64,000 nt of DNA from positions 1 to 64,000 of the IMG/VR virus record IMGVR_UViG_3300032038_000071, one strand, 5' to 3'. Below, piece after piece: positions 41,498-50,403 of this stretch (its first letter is position 1; every line of letters begins with the position of its first letter). This stretch comes from a virus. The translations under genes and the position numbers were made by a program. Below the pieces are notes generated by a model. The model was not told the DNA's origin. It saw only the letters and a list, made by a program, of their open reading frames with translations, and searched no databases.

Positions 41498-41648
41498 TCA
41501 GCACCTCCAATATCTTATCCAACTTCTTATTCTGTTCTTGCAGAATATCATGGATTTCTGCTATCTGCTTATTGTTGGTGTCAATCGTCTGTAGCTGTAA
41601 ACAGAAATCCATAATATTCACAAGGTCAATCATGCCAAGATTATTCAT
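41475..41648 (-). CDS. possible small ORF (57 aa, MNNLGMIDLVNIMDF...)
   Basis: Found by hand. TAATG coupling to the upstream stop. Overlaps the next start by 23 nt. Confidence 0.3.
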   Translation of the reverse strand: MNNLGMIDLVNIMDFCLQLQTIDTNNKQIAEIHDILQEQNKKLDKILEVLNVRYTGD

Positions 41649-42100
41649 TAATCTTCTATCTGACTAATACATCTTTCCATAGCCTGACGAGTTTTTTCAT
41701 CTGGTGCTGACTGCATCATAGAACGAAGCTGGTTTATCATACGCTTTGAATCACGGGAATATCCACTGTCACGACTATAGTCATTGGAATAATTAGAATA
41801 TCCATCACGGCTATAACCATCATTAGCATATCCGTCATAACTCATTCCACTCGAATAACCATTGTCGCTACTATATCTCCCCATGCTGTCACGTTTTGCA
41901 TTTCTACCTCTTCCACGTGCATTAGAATATCCATCGTTAGAATATCCACTTTCTTCCATCTGCATTATCTCATCAATGTAGTGGATAGAAGCTGTAAGTT
42001 TTTCAATTAACTCCAAAGAACCGGAAGTTACTTGACCCTTGCCTGCAAGTTTATCAAGTTCTTCACAAAGCATATCTCGGAGTTCTTCCATCTTCTTCAT
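41648..42100 (-). CDS. low-complexity protein with (D/N)GYS(R/N) repeats between helical ends
   Basis: ORF track, 150 aa. Central SGYSNDGYSNARGRGRN...DGYANDGYSRDGYSNYSNDYSRDSGYSRDS. Confidence 0.55.
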   Translation of the reverse strand: MKKMEELRDMLCEELDKLAGKGQVTSGSLELIEKLTASIHYIDEIMQMEESGYSNDGYSNARGRGRNAKRDSMGRYSSDNGYSSGMSYDGYANDGYSRDGYSNYSNDYSRDSGYSRDSKRMINQLRSMMQSAPDEKTRQAMERCISQIED

Positions 42101-42116
42101 AATGTTTACCTCCTGT

Positions 42117-42560
42117 CTATGCTACCCTATTGATTACTATGTTTGCGTTCTGTACATCTATAGGCTGTGTACTGCTATTCTCGATTGCAATAGTTGTACA
42201 GCAACCTTTAGGTACTGTAATGTAGGTAAATTCAGCCACGTTCCAGAAATCTCCAACTGCCGCCGGTGTCACGATTGCTCTACTTGTTGGTACTTGCTCA
42301 CCGTCTATAGTGAGTGTTACCTGTATAGGTTCAACTGTTCCACCTTCTGCTATTGCTATGTTAGAACCAAACATAACTGAATATCTCGCAAAGCAACCTG
42401 TAGGATTATTAACTATGCCTCGTAAAGTGAAGATACCCGAACCAGCACGATGAAAAACATATCCGCTGTTGCAAGGTATAATATCCTCAGTAAACAAAAC
42501 ATTCTGATTAGCAGGAATTGTCTGTAAAGCGTTTGCTACATACTCTGCCATAGTCAACAC
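42117..42560 (-). CDS. stand-alone C1q/TNF-like (BclA C-terminal-domain-like) protein
   Basis: ORF track, 147 aa. Beta-rich pattern and C-terminus ...IENSSTQPIDVQNANIVINRVA resemble the end of the B. anthracis BclA CTD (...SASIIIEKVA). Called from memory. Confidence 0.45.
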   Translation of the reverse strand: MLTMAEYVANALQTIPANQNVLFTEDIIPCNSGYVFHRAGSGIFTLRGIVNNPTGCFARYSVMFGSNIAIAEGGTVEPIQVTLTIDGEQVPTSRAIVTPAAVGDFWNVAEFTYITVPKGCCTTIAIENSSTQPIDVQNANIVINRVA

Positions 42561-42563
42561 CTC

Positions 42564-43412
42564 CTAAAAGCTACCGTTGCAACCACATCCGCAACCTGTA
42601 TTATTATTGCACTGGAATATAGGCTGTCTGCCATATACAGGAACAGTAGGAACAGGACAGTTAGAAAGTCTGTTATAAAGCTGGTCAACCTCATTGTTAA
42701 GACCCTGTGCTATAAATGCGTTCTGTGCTGTCTGACTTGCCGCAAGATTAGCCATTGTAAGCTGTCTCTCAAGGTCTGCAATCTTTGTATTCTTGCCATC
42801 CAGTTCAAGCTGGCAAAGTTTATCAATGATTGTCTGTGTTCCTCTTGTCTGACTGTCTATAATATCCCTTGTGTTCATCATAGACTGTGTTCTATCAGCA
42901 CAATTCTCTGTAGCTACTGTGTACTTGAGGTCTGCAATACCAAGTCTGTTTTCACAGCAACAATCGGCAAGCTGTGACTGAACACCATTAAAGCCCTGAT
43001 TCATGGCTGTCTGTGTGGCAAAAGCTGTCTGCATATTAGCCATCTGTCTTGCGTTTGCACCCTGTTCTACACCTGCAAAACCGTTGCAAAGTGCCATCTG
43101 AATATCACTGCCTGTATTGCAAAGCTGTGTTGACAGATTGTTTACTCCGTCTCTTATGGATGTGATGTTGTCATTAAGCATCTGATTCTGGAATCCTTCA
43201 CTTGTAATGTTAGCTTGGTTCATCCATGGATATATTGAATTATATCCACCACCAAAGCCACCATTACCGCCCCAACCATTACCGTTGAAAGCGAAAAGGA
43301 AAAGAACGAGAAGCCACCAAGCACCGTCTCCACCAAAACCACCGAAACCATTGTTACCGGTTACTGCGGCTACATCTGCGGCGGAAAGTCCGCCATTTTC
43401 TGCTAAAGACAT
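42564..43412 (-). CDS. Gly-rich, Cys-rich membrane-anchored protein
   Basis: ORF track, 282 aa. GNNGFGGFGGDG, TM AWWLLVLFLFAF, GNGWGGNGGFGGG, Q/N/A-rich helical region, CCC, and C-terminal CNNNTGCGCGCNGSF. Confidence 0.55.
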   Translation of the reverse strand: MSLAENGGLSAADVAAVTGNNGFGGFGGDGAWWLLVLFLFAFNGNGWGGNGGFGGGYNSIYPWMNQANITSEGFQNQMLNDNITSIRDGVNNLSTQLCNTGSDIQMALCNGFAGVEQGANARQMANMQTAFATQTAMNQGFNGVQSQLADCCCENRLGIADLKYTVATENCADRTQSMMNTRDIIDSQTRGTQTIIDKLCQLELDGKNTKIADLERQLTMANLAASQTAQNAFIAQGLNNEVDQLYNRLSNCPVPTVPVYGRQPIFQCNNNTGCGCGCNGSF

Positions 43413-43453
43413 AAGTTTGTCCTCCTTTGTGATTTATTTATAATTTTGCAAAA

Positions 43454-43651
43454 TTATTTCAGTAGGGATTGCATTTCATTTGCCATCTGTGACAGTCTGT
43501 TAAACTGCTCTTGTGACATTTTTCCAGAATTAAGAAGTTCTTGCACTTGCTGTTTAGGGTCTCCCTTAAAGCTATTTCTGAATTGCTGAAACTGTGCAAG
43601 CATATTATTCTGTGGTTTACGATTGAATAGATTATAGATAGGATTAGCCAT
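43454..43651 (-). CDS. hypothetical Q-rich protein (65 aa)
   Basis: ORF track. Confidence 0.5.
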   Translation of the reverse strand: MANPIYNLFNRKPQNNMLAQFQQFRNSFKGDPKQQVQELLNSGKMSQEQFNRLSQMANEMQSLLK

Positions 43652-44063
43652 TGTTATTCCTCCTTGTCATAGACCTGTTATTATGATTGTCAGATTGCGT
43701 TTTAAGAATGATTTGTTCAAGTCGCTTATCTAATTCAGCTTTAGTTACATAATCGTCTAAATTGACGTTTGGTGCGCTTGTAGCTGTATCTGTGTGTTGC
43801 TCTGCTGTGCGTTCTGAATAGTCAAATATTCTTAAAGGCATTGGCATACCACTTGTGTCGGTTGACTTGATGTAGAATACAGAATTTTCACTGTCCATAA
43901 GTAAGACTGAATTTCCTGCACCAACTAAATAACTCTTTGCACCTGCTTCACCTTGTACCCAGACTATTCCACTCTGCTGATTAGTCTGCGGTGGTTGATA
44001 TACTTGTGGCATTTGTTGATACTGTGGGTACTGATAGTTCATCGGAAAATAATTGTAAGCCAT
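43644..44063 (-). CDS. hypothetical protein with Y/Q/P-rich N-terminus (139 aa)
   Basis: ORF track. MAYNYFPMNYQYPQYQQMPQVYQPPQTNQQ followed by a beta-rich domain. Confidence 0.5.
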   Translation of the reverse strand: MAYNYFPMNYQYPQYQQMPQVYQPPQTNQQSGIVWVQGEAGAKSYLVGAGNSVLLMDSENSVFYIKSTDTSGMPMPLRIFDYSERTAEQHTDTATSAPNVNLDDYVTKAELDKRLEQIILKTQSDNHNNRSMTRRNNNG

Positions 44064-44068
44064 TTCTC

Positions 44069-44446
44069 TTACTCCTTTCTTTGCCAGTAATAGGTTACAA
44101 CTTCATCGCCACTGTCCCAACTGTCATAATAATTTCCGTCTATTGCGGTGACAACGTGTGTTCCTGTACATAAGATATAATTGCCTTGCGGATAATCTAT
44201 GCAGAAATCTCTGACTGTATAACAGTCCGGACAAGTGTTAGGTATAATATGTCTGCTATAATCATTGTTGCGTAAGAAGTTACCCCATACATTATTAGCA
44301 GATGGCATATCAGATAACATAAGTCCTTGTATTGCAAGTCTGATATAGACTTCTTCCCAAGACATTCCTAAAGATTTTGAGATAGCACGAATAACGCAGT
44401 CACCGACATATACGCTGTGAGGATTAGGGTTATATCTAATGAACAT
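44069..44446 (-). CDS. putative papain-like cysteine peptidase-fold protein
   Basis: ORF track, 125 aa. GDCVIRAIS (candidate Cys) and TGTHVVTAIDGNYYDSWD (candidate His/Asp). Called on motif only. Confidence 0.4.
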   Translation of the reverse strand: MFIRYNPNPHSVYVGDCVIRAISKSLGMSWEEVYIRLAIQGLMLSDMPSANNVWGNFLRNNDYSRHIIPNTCPDCYTVRDFCIDYPQGNYILCTGTHVVTAIDGNYYDSWDSGDEVVTYYWQRKE

Positions 44447-44482
44447 CGTGCTATCTCCTTTCTCTTTATAGACTTACAATAC

Positions 44483-44517
44483 AATAAAAAAGAGACTGTA
44501 GATTATACAGTCTCTTT
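44483..44517 (-). terminator. rho-independent terminator after the regulator gene
   Basis: 12-bp stem AAAGAGACTGTA / TACAGTCTCTTT, 5-nt loop, T-run on the minus strand. Confidence 0.8.
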
Positions 44518-44543
44518 ACGAAATCTATACGATTTTTATATGC

Positions 44544-44753
44544 TTACAGCACTTTTATCATCTTGTCCTTGATGCGCCTGATTAACTTACTCACCTTTGC
44601 TTCTGAAATATTCATCTGTAATGCTATATAGGTATTTGATTTGTTCTTTGCTCTGAGGTTGAAACATTCCAATTCCTCATCAGAGAAGTTACAACTATCT
44701 CTAAAATATTGCAATTCAAATTCAACAAAATCTTGAATAGGCGGTAATTTCAT
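44544..44753 (-). CDS. sigma-70 region-4-like HTH protein (candidate late-gene regulator)
   Basis: ORF track, 69 aa. SNTYIALQMNISEAKVSKLIRRIKDKM resembles a sigma r4 / ArpU-type HTH. Sits at the boundary of the structural module. Confidence 0.5.
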   Translation of the reverse strand: MKLPPIQDFVEFELQYFRDSCNFSDEELECFNLRAKNKSNTYIALQMNISEAKVSKLIRRIKDKMIKVL

Positions 44754-44763
44754 ATATCAACTC

Positions 44764-46206
44764 CTAGTCTGTAAAGCTAAGAACATACGTTATCTTCATG
44801 GTCTTATCTGCTGTCTTTGTAACTTGTTCATCCAAGTTATCTATTGTTGCAAGATAGTTGGTTGTCTTAATCATATTAAACCATTCGCTGTATGACGATT
44901 CCCATATAGCACTTACTAACTTATTGTCATCCAATATCTGTGAGACCATGTTGTAGCTCGGAACATTACTGTTGGTTAGATATACTGCACGAGCGCCCAT
45001 ATCAGCTTTCATGCCAGCAAAGTATGCCACCTCTTCAGTCGGATAGCTAAATCCTAGATACGTGCATCCGAATGTCGCTGTCACCGTCGTGATGTCAGCA
45101 TTATTCGTGATGTCCTCGAAGTAATGAATGCTATTGTTTGAATCTCCCGCATTGTATCGCTGAATAAGAATTGTGTCTGTCGAGAATGCTATGCCTGGAA
45201 TAAGGAAGTCAAGCTGTTCGCCTGCCGGATTCGCTACTGTAAATGCAGATATTGTGTTGTCCGGATTGATTCGAACAACCTGCAACGTCGCTCCGTTTTC
45301 AAGTCTGCCCCATTGACCTTGTCCGTAGCCAGGATATCCAATGCCTGCAATCATGTAATAGTATTCGCCCTGTTTTAAGTACCACGATGGCTCTCTGCCG
45401 TTTAATGCACTTACAAATGCTGACGGTAAACTTATCTCTGTTTCTGTAACAGGTAAGTATTCAGAGCCACTACCGCTTGCATATGCTGGATAGTTGTTTC
45501 TTAAATCAAGCTTTGACATTGGAACTTTGTATGTCTTTAGCTTAATTTTTCCTGTAGCACTCATGTGTTCTGCTGTATGGTCAGTTGTTGGAACTAAATT
45601 GTAATAGTCAACAAGTGTAAGTGTTGAATTTGTCCATGAACCCCTTACAATTCTCTGTCTTATACTTGGCATATTATCTACACCAACAGCTTGAGGTGTT
45701 CCACCAAGAGCAAAGTCACTTCTCTTTGTTGATTTAGCAAGTAAGCTTGTTGAATTTCCTTCACCTATATAGCCATGATTTGCTGAGGTAAGGCAAACAC
45801 AGTTTATGTTTCCGTTTGCCTGCGTAGTTGTAAAATCCCATACCATCTTGTATTTACCATCAGATAGCCAACCAGATTCTGATGAGTTATAAGAACCCAT
45901 TTCTGTGACAGAATCATTTGAGGTAACATCATATACTCCATTGGCTATCATCTTAACACCAGATGGGCATATTATATTGTTTGCATTTTCTGTGATAGCT
46001 GTGTCAAAAGCAAGCACTCCGCCCAATAAAGTAGGAATAAGACTTTGACGAACAGCATCCATATGAATCGGAGATATATTGAACATTCCCAAATCGTTAA
46101 GATATAGCTGAATGGCATTTGTAACCATGTTGTCATCTTCGTAGCGCTCAACTTCGCCAGTTTTAACATTCGTTAATTCTATGGTTGAATGTCCTTTTAT
46201 TTTCAT
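44764..46206 (-). CDS. tail-associated / receptor-binding candidate (480 aa)
   Basis: ORF track; last gene of the tail module. No motif recognised. Confidence 0.4.
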   Translation of the reverse strand: MKIKGHSTIELTNVKTGEVERYEDDNMVTNAIQLYLNDLGMFNISPIHMDAVRQSLIPTLLGGVLAFDTAITENANNIICPSGVKMIANGVYDVTSNDSVTEMGSYNSSESGWLSDGKYKMVWDFTTTQANGNINCVCLTSANHGYIGEGNSTSLLAKSTKRSDFALGGTPQAVGVDNMPSIRQRIVRGSWTNSTLTLVDYYNLVPTTDHTAEHMSATGKIKLKTYKVPMSKLDLRNNYPAYASGSGSEYLPVTETEISLPSAFVSALNGREPSWYLKQGEYYYMIAGIGYPGYGQGQWGRLENGATLQVVRINPDNTISAFTVANPAGEQLDFLIPGIAFSTDTILIQRYNAGDSNNSIHYFEDITNNADITTVTATFGCTYLGFSYPTEEVAYFAGMKADMGARAVYLTNSNVPSYNMVSQILDDNKLVSAIWESSYSEWFNMIKTTNYLATIDNLDEQVTKTADKTMKITYVLSFTD

Positions 46207-46218
46207 TTTGACCCTCCT

Positions 46219-48183
46219 TTATGATGTCGTTACTTTGGTGTATCGTATTACACCACATATTGTGACTACTCCTGAACTTCCTGCGAATTCGCCTGTAAGC
46301 GTTCCATTACTTTCCATATACAATCTATTGCTATACATATCGTAGCTAATCTGATCCGTAACATTGTCAAGAGGATTCCATCTACCATTTTGAAGTCCTG
46401 CATCTCTATACATCAAACTGTATTCAATGAGTACATCTATGTTGGTTTCTATATCTATCGTGAATGAAGCATTATCGTGTATTGTGGTTTCTTCGATGTT
46501 AATAGTTTTCTCCCATACATCACTGCCATCAATCCATGTGCCTACTTTCTGTTCTGTGGTTGAGTATGTGTGCAAAGATGAACTACCTCCACCTACAAAC
46601 TTATAGCCTTTTATCGAGTGGATATACGGAGCGTTCATAGCTATCGTTATTGATGTTCCACTACAAGCGGTGATATTCACCCATCTGTCAGAAGCTCCGA
46701 TAAGGTTTACTATAATTCCATCACTCAAAGTATTTAGGATATCTTCAACTGCAACTGTTCTTATATCTGATTCATGCGATGCACCACTAACAATCGTTAC
46801 AAAATCATAATTTTCAAGGGCATCTTCAAGCGTATATGTTCCTCCTGTGCTTATGGTGGATGATAATAACTCGGTTGATTCAAACCTTGTGTTTTCTCCT
46901 CCACTAGAACCACCACTGTTCGAAATATAAGCAACCGTATAGTCTACTGAATACACACCATCTTGAGCGTAACTTCCACCCTGTGTATTATATAGCTTAC
47001 ATAAATATCTATCACTGTCTGTATCAACGCAAACATTCAAGCCATTGTAATAAGGTGGTGCTCCACTCATATCTGCTTCTGCAAATATAGAAAGTAGTGT
47101 TACTTCTGATGGTTTTAATGGGTTTCCATTTGCGTCACAAGGTATTAACCAAGCGTATCCATTTGTATTATCAGTTCTGCTAACAATGGTAATATCACTC
47201 TCACTTCCACTACCAATACCATAAGTCTTATCCATATATCTTATCTGTGATGGATAAGTAAATCCTATTTTTTCAAGCACAAAATCATCTATAATAGCAT
47301 TCCATCCATGTGCATTAATTACAAGATAGTATTGACCTGTTAATTCTGAAATGTCTAATTCTTGATTACTGTATACAGTGTTAGCGTTTGCATAATCAAC
47401 AACCGCCGCCCACCTTGAATCAGTGGCATCTATTACTTGAACGCTTGAAGGGGCACTGGCTTGCAAACCAATTTGAACGTTCCATCGTGCTTGCTGTGCT
47501 GAACTTCCTCCACCATAGCAAGATGACGTGGTCAAGTCGAAACCGATTTTATCCCAAGATGTAACATCAATAGGTGTTGCATAGTAGAACGTACCACCTA
47601 TCTGCATTCCGCCATCCCAACTTACAGTGATTTGGTCTGATGTACTACTTACATTCATTGCAGATTCCATTTTTGATGATATAGATGACATATCAATAGT
47701 GGTAGTTGAGGATATTGTACTTCCATTAGGAATAAATCTAATTGTTCCATCGTTCTTTTGGTCTGTGGTGAGAGCATTGTACTCGTCAAGTGTAATTTCT
47801 TCAGCACTTGATCCGCCACTCTCATATGCGTTCTCCCATTTCTGCGTGGCTGAATTGTACTTTAGTACCTGTCCATTTGTCGGACTTGATAAATCTACAT
47901 CAGTTAATCCTGAAAGCGTAGACGAACCGCCACCACCCGAAGGTGTGTCCCATGTGCCGTCAGCTTTGAGATATTTATCCTCATCTCCTGCATTTGGTTG
48001 TGGCACTCGCCCACTCTCGCCATCTTCGTTTGCGGATGCTCCGACCATAATCTTGGCTGCACTTTGCTGATTATTATACATCTGCTGGTCGATTATGTCT
48101 GTATTGGCATTAATTACACCAAGATTATAATAATCAGTTGTTGCAGGCTTCGTTAGATTGAAATGTGCGCTCTGTGAAGCCAT
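46219..48183 (-). CDS. tail fibre protein
   Basis: ORF track, 654 aa. N-terminus FNLTKPATTDYYNLGVINANTDIIDQ is the common fibre N-terminal motif of Firmicute phages. Has Gly/Ser linkers. Confidence 0.65.
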   Translation of the reverse strand: MASQSAHFNLTKPATTDYYNLGVINANTDIIDQQMYNNQQSAAKIMVGASANEDGESGRVPQPNAGDEDKYLKADGTWDTPSGGGGSSTLSGLTDVDLSSPTNGQVLKYNSATQKWENAYESGGSSAEEITLDEYNALTTDQKNDGTIRFIPNGSTISSTTTIDMSSISSKMESAMNVSSTSDQITVSWDGGMQIGGTFYYATPIDVTSWDKIGFDLTTSSCYGGGSSAQQARWNVQIGLQASAPSSVQVIDATDSRWAAVVDYANANTVYSNQELDISELTGQYYLVINAHGWNAIIDDFVLEKIGFTYPSQIRYMDKTYGIGSGSESDITIVSRTDNTNGYAWLIPCDANGNPLKPSEVTLLSIFAEADMSGAPPYYNGLNVCVDTDSDRYLCKLYNTQGGSYAQDGVYSVDYTVAYISNSGGSSGGENTRFESTELLSSTISTGGTYTLEDALENYDFVTIVSGASHESDIRTVAVEDILNTLSDGIIVNLIGASDRWVNITACSGTSITIAMNAPYIHSIKGYKFVGGGSSSLHTYSTTEQKVGTWIDGSDVWEKTINIEETTIHDNASFTIDIETNIDVLIEYSLMYRDAGLQNGRWNPLDNVTDQISYDMYSNRLYMESNGTLTGEFAGSSGVVTICGVIRYTKVTTS

Positions 48184-48197
48184 TTATATACCCTCCT

Positions 48198-49949
48198 TTA
48201 TCCATGTATGAATGAGTTTTCCAAATCTTCATGTGTATAAGGTGTTAAGCCTTGATGTGTATAATTGCTCATAGCATCCTTATTCATAAACAACATATCT
48301 GTAAATCCTTGAAGCTGTATGCTTGTAAGATTAAACATATCTAATTCATTTGTAAGACTTGCTCTGTCTGGTGTGTGTTTAACAAGCGTAGCCACAGGAG
48401 TAAAGTTATTCTGTACTTGTGGACTTGTGAAGTTGATTACATTAAGGCTTTCTTCAACTTCGATATTTCCATCCCAATCTCCAACTTCAAGCAATCCTTG
48501 TCCATGTATGGCTGCCTTGATATTCTCTATTGGAATACTAGCACTTCCACCTGACATATTAAGCTTTACAACAAATTTGAATGTTCTTGCACTTGTTATT
48601 GTGATGAAATAAAGAAGTCTGAGAACGTGTTTACCATCTATCCATGTTTCAGTTGGATAGTAATTTGTAACCTCAGCACTATTAATCTCATAAGTTATCT
48701 TTCCTATTGCTGTAGTCTGTGTGTCTACATCTAACAATATCTCAGCATCAAATACTGCCAATGTTGTTTGGGTTGACGTAAATCTTATGCTGATAATATT
48801 CTTATTCTCATTGTTTAGTACATTCAACGCCACAGCATTTGTATATGTGTAATACTGTTCTTTTGTTATCTGTATATCATCTTTTAAATCCTGCTCTGTA
48901 ACGCTGTATTCATATCCAGCAATAGTAGCCTGTTCTGTATAATCCTCTGTTCCTGATGCTCTAATATTCTGTTCAATCAGTAAAGGTCCAGAATATTCAA
49001 TCTCACATACAAGACTATCTCCAAACTCTGTTTGAACAATGCTACCAAGTTGAATGTTGTAATCAGATACAATCATATTAATCTTAGCAGGACTGTATGC
49101 GACTTTGGCAACGCTTGTAAGAATTGCATTTGCAATAACTGTCAATTCTGCATTTGTCTTGTCCAGAATAAGTAAGTTGTTCTGAATACAGATTGTTTTA
49201 TCGCCATCACCAACAGTAGCTGTTGTTCCTCTTACTGAATTATCAAGAATAACTTGAGAGAATACAGGAACTGTAAATGATTCAAATTCCGATGTGTTCT
49301 TTTCATAGCTGTCTGTTATGTCATAGTTTGAGTATGTGGATATGAATTGTAATACACCTTCTCTTGAAATGTTAGCATTACAAGCCTGTATTGCACATAT
49401 ATACCTGAGCATATCCACGAAGCTGACACCCTTTATCTTCTGTGTCTTTGCTATCATAAGATTATCATTTGGAAGTGATACAGTATTGTCATATGGAAGA
49501 TTTACAAATTCACATAGACCTTCTCTGAAATCCTTCAGAGATATTTCAGAATGAGTAGCGAATAATTCATTCCAATATCGTGTTACATTTATCTTTGCTT
49601 TGTAATACAAGGCATCATATGCCACAATATGTCTTGATGTATCACTTCTTGAACGATTACGCACACAGGAATCAACTCTACCATAGAATAATGGAACTTT
49701 CACAGCGGTTGAACTTTCATCAGCTTTGACCATCTGATAGACTTCTATAAATTTCTTCTCTATGTCTGGAATGTCATGTACATCAACCTCAAACTTATTG
49801 GCATTACATTGTCCAATAGTAAATCCCTCTGTGCATAACACTTCATCTAAAGACAGACTACCAGATTCAATTCCTGTTGTTATATCTGGTATGTTAGGAT
49901 TATAAGGAAAATGTATTACCGTTTCTCTATATACTCTAATATCAGCCAT
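48198..49949 (-). CDS. tail-associated (Tal-like) baseplate protein
   Basis: ORF track, 583 aa; called on position after the Dit-like gene. Confidence 0.5.
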   Translation of the reverse strand: MADIRVYRETVIHFPYNPNIPDITTGIESGSLSLDEVLCTEGFTIGQCNANKFEVDVHDIPDIEKKFIEVYQMVKADESSTAVKVPLFYGRVDSCVRNRSRSDTSRHIVAYDALYYKAKINVTRYWNELFATHSEISLKDFREGLCEFVNLPYDNTVSLPNDNLMIAKTQKIKGVSFVDMLRYICAIQACNANISREGVLQFISTYSNYDITDSYEKNTSEFESFTVPVFSQVILDNSVRGTTATVGDGDKTICIQNNLLILDKTNAELTVIANAILTSVAKVAYSPAKINMIVSDYNIQLGSIVQTEFGDSLVCEIEYSGPLLIEQNIRASGTEDYTEQATIAGYEYSVTEQDLKDDIQITKEQYYTYTNAVALNVLNNENKNIISIRFTSTQTTLAVFDAEILLDVDTQTTAIGKITYEINSAEVTNYYPTETWIDGKHVLRLLYFITITSARTFKFVVKLNMSGGSASIPIENIKAAIHGQGLLEVGDWDGNIEVEESLNVINFTSPQVQNNFTPVATLVKHTPDRASLTNELDMFNLTSIQLQGFTDMLFMNKDAMSNYTHQGLTPYTHEDLENSFIHG

Positions 49950-49963
49950 AGCATCTTCCTCAC

Positions 49964-50398
49964 TTAATACTCAATCAATTCCATCTTTAATTCTTTGTAC
50001 TTGATATTCTCACCTTCAATATGATTTATAGGGAACTCCATGTTTGGTCTATAGAAATAACCCTCATCATATCTGTTATTCTCGTCATCCCAGTATTGAA
50101 GATGTACTTTTCTCTGCACATGGTCAACCTCTGCGCTGTAGAAGAAATTTTGTAGCTCTATCTTATCATCTAAATCCAAAGGTCTTACCGTGAATGTAAT
50201 CTTTGTTTTCTTACCTTCTGCTGTTACTCTGGTAAGTTCACGACTATTATCATCACGATAAGCCTTTAATTCTTCTCTTTGCTTTGGATTACTGCTCCAA
50301 GAATCAAATTTAATGAAACGGTTAGGAAAGACAGTATATACAGGTGTTGTACCGTTCATTACTATTGACCTGAGTAAATAGCCTTTAAAATTTCCCAT
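49964..50398 (-). CDS. distal tail protein-like
   Basis: ORF track, 144 aa. Immediately downstream of the tape measure. Short for a Dit. Confidence 0.4.
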   Translation of the reverse strand: MGNFKGYLLRSIVMNGTTPVYTVFPNRFIKFDSWSSNPKQREELKAYRDDNSRELTRVTAEGKKTKITFTVRPLDLDDKIELQNFFYSAEVDHVQRKVHLQYWDDENNRYDEGYFYRPNMEFPINHIEGENIKYKELKMELIEY

Positions 50399-50403
50399 AT
50401 ATT

